Assembly (NCBI GenBank): GCA_051648945.1
Contig: JBOFGC010000498.1
Span: forward strand, 1-40,618
Source: Bacilli bacterium
Lineage (GTDB): Bacteria > Bacillota > Bacilli > JBOFGC01
Reading direction: 5' to 3'
DNA: 40,618 nucleotides
The first letter of the stretch is position 1. Each line of letters opens with the position of its first letter. Of this stretch, positions 35,118-40,618 are shown one piece after another. The notes under the pieces were generated by a model. The model made no database searches, had not been told where the DNA came from, and saw only the letters and a list, made by a program, of their open reading frames with translations. Both the position numbers and the translations under genes were made by a program.

Positions 35118-35555
35118 ATGCGCACAACATTTATGGCTAAAGCACAAGAAGTTGATCGTAAATGGTACGTTGTTGACGCTGAAGGTAAAACTTTAGGTCG
35201 TTTAGCAAGTGAAGTAGCAGCCGTTTTACGTGGCAAACATAAACCAACTTTCACACCACATGTAGACACAGGTGATCATGTGATCGTTATTAATGCAGAA
35301 AAAATTCATTTAACAGGTAAGAAGTTAACTGATAAAATTTACTACCGTCATACATTACATCCAGGCGGTTTAAAACAACGTACTGCTGGGGAAATGCGTT
35401 CTAACTACCCAGTTCAAATGATCGAATTAGCGGTTAAAGGAATGCTTCCTAAAAACCGTCTTGGTCGCGCTATCTTCAAAAAACTTAACGTTTATGCAGG
35501 CAGCGAACATCCACATGCAGCACAAAAACCAGAAGTTTACGAACTTCGTGGATAA
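35118..35555 (+). CDS. rplM: 50S ribosomal protein L13
   Basis: [27 protein letters not shown]. Confidence 0.99.
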   Translation: MRTTFMAKAQEVDRKWYVVDAEGKTLGRLASEVAAVLRGKHKPTFTPHVDTGDHVIVINAEKIHLTGKKLTDKIYYRHTLHPGGLKQRTAGEMRSNYPVQMIELAVKGMLPKNRLGRAIFKKLNVYAGSEHPHAAQKPEVYELRG

Positions 35556-35574
35556 TTTGAAGGAGGGAAAGTAG

Positions 35575-35967
35575 ATGACACAGGTACAATATTACGGCAC
35601 AGGTCGTCGTAAAAGCTCAGTAGCACGTGTACGCTTAGTTCCTGGTGATGGTCAAGTTATCATCAACGGACGTGAATTTGAAGATTATATTCCATTCGCA
35701 GCATTACGTGAAGTTGTAAATCAACCACTTAACTTAACAGAAACATTAGGTAGCTACAACGTTTTAGTAAACGTTGATGGTGGTGGATACACTGGTCAAG
35801 CAGGAGCAATCCGTCATGGTATTTCTCGTGCATTATTAAAAGTAGATCCTGAGTACCGTTTAACTCTTAAACGTGCTGGACTATTAACTCGTGACGCTCG
35901 TATGAAAGAACGTAAAAAATACGGTCTTAAAGGCGCTCGTCGTGCACCACAGTTCTCAAAACGTTAA
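35575..35967 (+). CDS. rpsI: 30S ribosomal protein S9
   Basis: [19 protein letters not shown]. Confidence 0.99.
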   Translation: MTQVQYYGTGRRKSSVARVRLVPGDGQVIINGREFEDYIPFAALREVVNQPLNLTETLGSYNVLVNVDGGGYTGQAGAIRHGISRALLKVDPEYRLTLKRAGLLTRDARMKERKKYGLKGARRAPQFSKR

Positions 35968-35977
35968 TATCGTTTTC

Positions 35978-36012
35978 AAAAACCTCGATGCTTGTTGCAT
36001 CGAGGTTTTTTT
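35978..36012 (+). terminator. Intrinsic terminator after rpsI
   Basis: AAAAACCTCGATGC/GCATCGAGGTTTTT stem with T tract. Confidence 0.9.
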
Positions 36013-36113
36013 GCTTTAAAAATGTCATCCCCGTTCATAAGTGGTAATATCTCTCATGGTTGTAGGTGTCTTGCTTGCTCATACTATGTTTACCGAGTGA
36101 AGGAGGTACGACA

Positions 36114-36548
36114 ATGCACGATGTTGTTGATATAAATGAAAAACGAAGAGAAGTACAATTGCGATTTGAGCGGACGATGTTAAAAGAAATCCGTTTTATA
36201 GATTTGAAAAAAGATGCACTTGAAATGCTAAAACAATGGGATGCTATAGGAGGGATTGAAGAGAACCAAATGTTTAAGCTTATCCTAGAGCGAGGCGTTG
36301 AAGCATTTTTGGTCGGTGCGCAAGTGAGTAAGTTTGGAACGCGTGGTGAGAGTAAGGAGCGATGTCATGATCGCGTTTGGATTGAGCGTTTGTTATTGAA
36401 GAATGAAATCATTGTAATGATTGAAACGCTTCTAGGCAATGAACATTTACCGAGTAAAATGTTGGCAGCTGTAGAGCAATTTGTTGATTTGTGGGTATCT
36501 ACGGGATATGAGCAAGGCTATCGAAAGTATAAATTGAAAATGATTTAA
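36114..36548 (+). CDS. ybaK: YbaK/DUF2521-family protein
   Basis: Position before cwlD; pattern E..MLKEI...GVEAFLVG...FG..GES...W...G...YKLKM resembles YbaK; ATG 36114 after AGGAGGT. Confidence 0.7.
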   Translation: MHDVVDINEKRREVQLRFERTMLKEIRFIDLKKDALEMLKQWDAIGGIEENQMFKLILERGVEAFLVGAQVSKFGTRGESKERCHDRVWIERLLLKNEIIVMIETLLGNEHLPSKMLAAVEQFVDLWVSTGYEQGYRKYKLKMI

Positions 36549-36577
36549 TCATAAAATGAAAACCTCACCCATATGTT
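36549..36577 (+). promoter_or_regulatory. Putative sigma-E promoter for cwlD
   Basis: TCATAA, 15 bp, CATATGTT, close to the mother-cell sigma-E consensus. Confidence 0.6.
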
Positions 36578-36614
36578 TGTGTAGTAGGACAAGCGCTTTG
36601 GGGAGGTTTTTTGT

Positions 36615-37316
36615 GTGAAGCAAAAAAGAATGTTTTTAACGCTGTTGACCATTATTTTAACACTCGCAACCGTTGACTTTGTTACGAGAAGTAGCAGTAT
36701 ATTTCAGTCTTGGCACATGCCGTTAAGTGGGAAGACAATTATGATTGATGCAGGACACGGTTTGCCAGATGGTGGAGCGGTTGGAAACAGTGAGATTATT
36801 GAAAGTAAAATAACGCTTGAAATTGCAAAACGGTTGCGAGACTACATAGAAGAACAAGGCGGCGTTGTTTTATTTACTCGTCAGTCAGAAGATGATTTAG
36901 CGCCGAAAGAGATGAAGGGCTATAGTAAACGGAAGTCGTATGATTTACGGGAGCGTGTGTACAGGATAAACAATGAGTCCATTGATTTTTTCATAAGTAT
37001 TCACCTAAACGCAATACCTGTACCATCTGTCAAAGGTGCGCAAACATTCTACTATCCATCGGACGAGAGAAATAAGATTATGGCCGATGCAATTCAATAT
37101 GAACTAAAAAGAAATTTACCAAATGCGAACAGAGAAAGTAAAAAACTAAGCAGTGTGTATTTGTTGAAGCGCGCAACAAAACCGGGCGTACTCGTTGAAG
37201 CGGGGTTTCTTTCAAATGCCCAAGAACGATTCGCGTTGGCAGATTCGAATTACCAAGAGAAAATTGCGGTATCGGTTTATCAGGGTATCATTAAATATGT
37301 AACAGAGCAGGAGTAG
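36615..37316 (+). CDS. cwlD: Spore cortex N-acetylmuramoyl-L-alanine amidase CwlD
   Basis: N-terminal hydrophobic helix, W.MPLSGK, DAGHG.PDGGA, SIHLNA, LVEAGFLSN; synteny. Confidence 0.92.
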   Translation: MKQKRMFLTLLTIILTLATVDFVTRSSSIFQSWHMPLSGKTIMIDAGHGLPDGGAVGNSEIIESKITLEIAKRLRDYIEEQGGVVLFTRQSEDDLAPKEMKGYSKRKSYDLRERVYRINNESIDFFISIHLNAIPVPSVKGAQTFYYPSDERNKIMADAIQYELKRNLPNANRESKKLSSVYLLKRATKPGVLVEAGFLSNAQERFALADSNYQEKIAVSVYQGIIKYVTEQE

Positions 37317-37387
37317 TGCACATTCGGTGATTGAGAGAAAAGCCTATGTTATACTATGTGTATGCAAAAAAGAAGGGTGTGGACGTA

Positions 37388-38440
37388 GTGAATAAAGAGC
37401 TTTTTTTAGAAGCAATCAATCAATGTATCGAACCGTATATCGGACAAACGTTAGGTGAATTAGGTGCGGTTCGCGAATTAACGATAAAAGAAGAGAAGCA
37501 ACACGTCAGTGTGCGCATTGCAATTGTTCAAACAGGCACGAAAGAACAAATGGAATTACAAACGCAAATCGTAAAGATTTTAAAAGAAAATGGTGCAGCA
37601 ACTGTAGGTATTCGCTTTGAGAATTTTACGGACGAAGAAAAAGCAAAATTTGCAGAGAAAGTAGTAGAAAATGAAGTAGACCTACTTCATCCGATGAGTA
37701 AAACGAATGTAATTGCTATTGCATCTGGAAAAGGTGGCGTTGGTAAATCGACGGTTAGTGCAAACTTAGCGGTAGCACTTGCACGACTTGGTAAGAAGGT
37801 AGGCCTTATCGATGCGGATATCTATGGTTTCTCGATTCCGAATATGATGGGCATTACAGAAGCACCTGCAGGGGATGAGAATAATCTATATCCAGTTGAG
37901 CGTTTTGGTGTAAAAGTTATCTCGATGGGCTTTTTCGTTGAAGACAACTCGCCTATCATTTGGCGTGGACCAATGTTAGGGAAAATGCTATTGAACTTTT
38001 TGAAAGAAGTGACATGGGGAGATTTAGACTATCTACTCCTAGATTTACCACCAGGAACGGGTGATGTAGCACTTGATGTACATAGCATGTTGCCGGCGTG
38101 TAAGGAAATTATCGTCACAACACCACATCCAACTGCAGCATACGTAGCAGCTCGTGCAGGAGCGATGGCGCTACGAACAGATCATGAGGTTATTGGTGTT
38201 GTTGAAAATATGTCTTACTATGAAAGCAAAATTACAGGTGAGAAGGAATACGTATTTGGACAAGGTGGCGGTAAGAAGTTAGCAGAAGACCTTGGAGCGA
38301 CGTTGTTCGGTCAAATTCCATTAATGCAACCTGACGCAGATGACTCAGATTTTGCACCAAGTATATACGCTGAGGATCATATCATCGCGCATGTTTATCA
38401 AGATATTGCATTAAAAGTAATGGCGAAATGTCATAAGTAA
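37388..38440 (+). CDS. salA: Mrp/NBP35-family P-loop ATPase (SalA)
   Basis: SGKGGVGKST, DADIYGFS, WRGPMLGK, DLPPGTGD, VENMS; GTG 37388 is the probable start. Confidence 0.9.
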   Translation: MNKELFLEAINQCIEPYIGQTLGELGAVRELTIKEEKQHVSVRIAIVQTGTKEQMELQTQIVKILKENGAATVGIRFENFTDEEKAKFAEKVVENEVDLLHPMSKTNVIAIASGKGGVGKSTVSANLAVALARLGKKVGLIDADIYGFSIPNMMGITEAPAGDENNLYPVERFGVKVISMGFFVEDNSPIIWRGPMLGKMLLNFLKEVTWGDLDYLLLDLPPGTGDVALDVHSMLPACKEIIVTTPHPTAAYVAARAGAMALRTDHEVIGVVENMSYYESKITGEKEYVFGQGGGKKLAEDLGATLFGQIPLMQPDADDSDFAPSIYAEDHIIAHVYQDIALKVMAKCHK

Positions 38441-38474
38441 TAGAATCTATCCATAACTAATCACGTTTTCATAT

Positions 38475-38519
38475 AAAGCGCTGAGCGAACAATTCATCCT
38501 TCGTCTCAGTGCTTTTTTT
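38475..38519 (+). terminator. Intrinsic terminator after salA
   Basis: AAAGCGCTGAG...CTCAGTGCTTT stem followed by T7. Confidence 0.75.
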
Positions 38520-38590
38520 CATATTTCTTTACGGAAGTGTAGCTAGAAGTTACAATTAATTTTGAATAATTAGACGGGGAGAAATGGGTA

Positions 38591-39193
38591 ATGACGATTC
38601 GGGTATGGGTACCATTCTTTTTTAAAACGTTAATGCTTGGGGGAGTATTAACACTTTTCGCTAGCATCGTACTACAATGGGAAAGTTATGAAAAGGCTGT
38701 TTTAAGTAATGAGTATGTTGAGTTATTATTTTTAATTATATCGGTAGTAGGAATGGGGATGCTCTACAGTCTAGTAGCGCAGATGGGTTTTTTTGCTTAT
38801 CTAACAGTGCATCGTTTTGGCCTCGGATTTTTTGGTGGAGAAAAACTTTGGAACGCAGTGCAATATGTACTCATAGTATTTGCGATTTTTGACTTACTCT
38901 ACTTTAAGGTGTGGCTAGAAAATTGGTCAAGTTCAAGCGTGCTTTATATTGCATGTGTTCTTGTGCTTATCGCAGTTGCCTATTTTGCAGCGGTTCGTAA
39001 AGTAAAGGAAACAAATCCACATGCCTTTGTGCCAGCATTATTTTTCATCGTTGTTGTTACGATGATTGAATGGATTCCGGGAATACGTGTGGATTCGAGT
39101 GATTGGGTCGTTATGATGTTTGTGACATTGCTTATCTGTAATGTGTTTCAGTTACTGATGTTACACAAATTAATACAACGAAGTCAAAGATAA
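38591..39193 (+). CDS. kbaA: KinB-signalling pathway activation protein
   Basis: MTIR.WV.FF..TL..GG, AQMGFFAYLTVHRFGLG, K.KETN..AFVPALFF, EWIP; multi-pass membrane protein. Confidence 0.92.
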   Translation: MTIRVWVPFFFKTLMLGGVLTLFASIVLQWESYEKAVLSNEYVELLFLIISVVGMGMLYSLVAQMGFFAYLTVHRFGLGFFGGEKLWNAVQYVLIVFAIFDLLYFKVWLENWSSSSVLYIACVLVLIAVAYFAAVRKVKETNPHAFVPALFFIVVVTMIEWIPGIRVDSSDWVVMMFVTLLICNVFQLLMLHKLIQRSQR

Positions 39194-39223
39194 AAAAGCT
39201 GCCGAAGTGTCGGCAGCTTTTTT
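39192..39223. terminator. Bidirectional terminator between convergent kbaA and pdaB
   Basis: A6-GCTGCCGA/TCGGCAGC-T6. Confidence 0.9.
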
Positions 39224-39233
39224 GGTGTGGCGT

Positions 39234-39926
39234 TTAGTTTAATAATTTTGTTTTAACATCGCCATCACCGATACAGTCGCTTAACGATTTAATTTGTAAT
39301 TTCTTCGCTTCGAAACGGTGTAATACAACGTGTAAGGCTTGTGGTGTTTGAATTGCTCGGTCAGAAGCGGAAAAGTTTACGATATCTCCACCAGTAGTTT
39401 GGATTGTGTTATTTGCTATTTGTTTTGCGCCGGGCAAATTTTCATCATTGCTAGCGACGCTGTGCGCTACTAGTGTAACGTGATAGAGATTCGCGGTATG
39501 AATATGGGTTTGTCGTGCGTGATTAGGATAGGAACGATAAAAAGCGATGCGCTTAATGCCAAGCTTTTTTAGGACATCAACAGCGCGGATGAAATCATGG
39601 GTTACGTCTTGTTCTTTATTTGGGTTCGTTTTTGATGGACGATACCCAATAGTACCAATATCGTGACCAGCTCTTGCAATGCTGCGAAGTTCGTCAGGGT
39701 GGCGCTCGGCCCAACTTCCTGAGACGAAAAATGTTGCATGTGCGTTGTGCTCGGCTAACACGCGTAGAACATCTTTATAGATTAAGTCGCCCCACTCAAG
39801 ATTAAACGTTAAAGCAACACAACTTTTTGCTGATGGGATCCGGTACAAAGTCGCATTGTTTGCTTGTGTTGGTGAAGAGAATAGTGCAAGAGAGCAAAGT
39901 AGAATACATACCATTTTTTTTATCAT
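39234..39926 (-). CDS. pdaB: Polysaccharide deacetylase-family sporulation protein PdaB (degenerate active site)
   Basis: ALTFN..WG, ATFFVSGSWAERHPD, GHDIG, GGDIV..SASD.A.QT; convergent with kbaA; ATG 39926 is better spaced from GGAGGT than TTG 39929. Confidence 0.85.
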   Translation of the reverse strand: MIKKMVCILLCSLALFSSPTQANNATLYRIPSAKSCVALTFNLEWGDLIYKDVLRVLAEHNAHATFFVSGSWAERHPDELRSIARAGHDIGTIGYRPSKTNPNKEQDVTHDFIRAVDVLKKLGIKRIAFYRSYPNHARQTHIHTANLYHVTLVAHSVASNDENLPGAKQIANNTIQTTGGDIVNFSASDRAIQTPQALHVVLHRFEAKKLQIKSLSDCIGDGDVKTKLLN

Positions 39927-40057
39927 CAAAAGACCTCCGTGTAGTTTCTCTTATTGTTAGAAAAAAAGTATTAAATTATAAGGATAGTTGTAGGATATTT
40001 TTGAGAGATGATGGTTAATATAATCCTTACTTACAAAACGAAAGCAGAGGGATTTGA

Positions 40058-40291
40058 ATGTTGGGGTTATTGATATCAGAGCAGGAGTTAAAAGAACTAC
40101 GTTATTTAATTAAACGTGAATTAGATGAGATGTTGTATGATCTAAACGATTACCGCATTAATAAGAAGTTACGAAGTAGTATCGAGAAGAGACATGTAAC
40201 GTTATTTGCGCTGCTGACGCGCGTTGCTTCGCCGAACGAGTGCCAAAAATATATGCTTAACAAAAAAACTAAAAAAAATACGCAAAAGTAG
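40058..40291 (+). CDS. Small hypothetical protein divergent from pdaB
   Basis: GAGGG RBS, 77 aa, predicted helical; MLGLLI...YLIKRELDE.LYDL resembles small proteins I recall between pdaB and rrn in Bacillaceae. Confidence 0.75.
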   Translation: MLGLLISEQELKELRYLIKRELDEMLYDLNDYRINKKLRSSIEKRHVTLFALLTRVASPNECQKYMLNKKTKKNTQK

Positions 40292-40292
40292 T

Positions 40293-40321
40293 TTGACATC
40301 GAAAAACATCTTTGGTATATT
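40293..40321 (+). promoter_or_regulatory. rRNA operon promoter P1
   Basis: TTGACA, 17 bp, TATATT with extended TG; A-tract UP-like element upstream. Confidence 0.85.
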
Positions 40322-40373
40322 ATAAAAGTCGCTGATGAGCAACGCATTAATAAAAACAACTTAAAAAAAGTTG

Positions 40374-40402
40374 TTGACTTTAAAAGTTGTCAGTGATATT
40401 AT
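40374..40402 (+). promoter_or_regulatory. rRNA operon promoter P2
   Basis: TTGACT, 17 bp, TATTAT with extended TG. Confidence 0.85.
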
Positions 40403-40428
40403 TAAAAAGCGCTTTTAACGAAGCGGTT

Positions 40429-40442
40429 GTACTTTGAAAACT
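40429..40442 (+). promoter_or_regulatory. rrn leader boxA antitermination / processing-stem element
   Basis: GTACTTTGAAAACT, close to the Firmicute boxA CTTTGAAAACT. Confidence 0.75.
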
Positions 40443-40532
40443 AAACAAAACGACAGCGTAAACTTTATAAACTACTATTAGTAGTTATCAATTTTTACTT
40501 TTTAAATTATTTGAGCTTACTCAAACAATTCT

Positions 40533-40618
<86 letters not shown>

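Noticed and set aside
38190-38250. Mrp/SalA lacks the CxxC Fe-S motif after ENMS
   Set aside because: As I recall this is normal for Bacillus SalA-type proteins.
39940-40025. Candidate sigma-E promoter for pdaB and sigma-F-like promoter for the 77-aa gene
   Set aside because: The matches have several mismatches in AT-rich DNA, too weak to call.
39827-40359. ORFs 39827-40018 (+) and 40150-40359 (-)
   Set aside because: They overlap pdaB, the 77-aa gene or the rrn promoters and have no supporting features.

Overview
Core housekeeping region of a low-GC, Bacillaceae-like Firmicute, almost all on the + strand. The order is: 3' part of sigH, rpmG-secE-nusG, rplKA, rplJL, an RsmC-like methyltransferase (ybxB), rpoBC, ybxF (L7Ae)-rpsL-rpsG-fusA-tuf, the S10-spc-alpha ribosomal protein cluster with secY, adk, infA, rpmJ and rpoA, ecfA1A2T-truA, rplM-rpsI, the sporulation-associated block ybaK-cwlD-salA/mrp-kbaA-pdaB (pdaB on the - strand), a small hypothetical gene, and the P1/P2 promoters, boxA and first ~86 nt of a 16S rRNA gene. 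The ORF track missed two short genes (rpmG 655-795, rpmJ 29232-29345), and several starts were corrected using RBS position. I found no mobile element, CRISPR array, prophage or defence system, and I cannot support a wholly new multi-gene system here. The departures from the familiar Bacillus layout are: a PdaB with degenerate catalytic motifs and an apparent cleavable signal peptide, gerD and map missing from their usual positions, a possible eroded KOW-gene relic before infA, an atypical NusG KOW domain downstream of an intrinsic terminator, a strongly diverged ECF module, small insertions in S3, S5 and RpoC, and many structured RNA leaders. Comparisons with B. subtilis proteins are from memory and need alignment to confirm.
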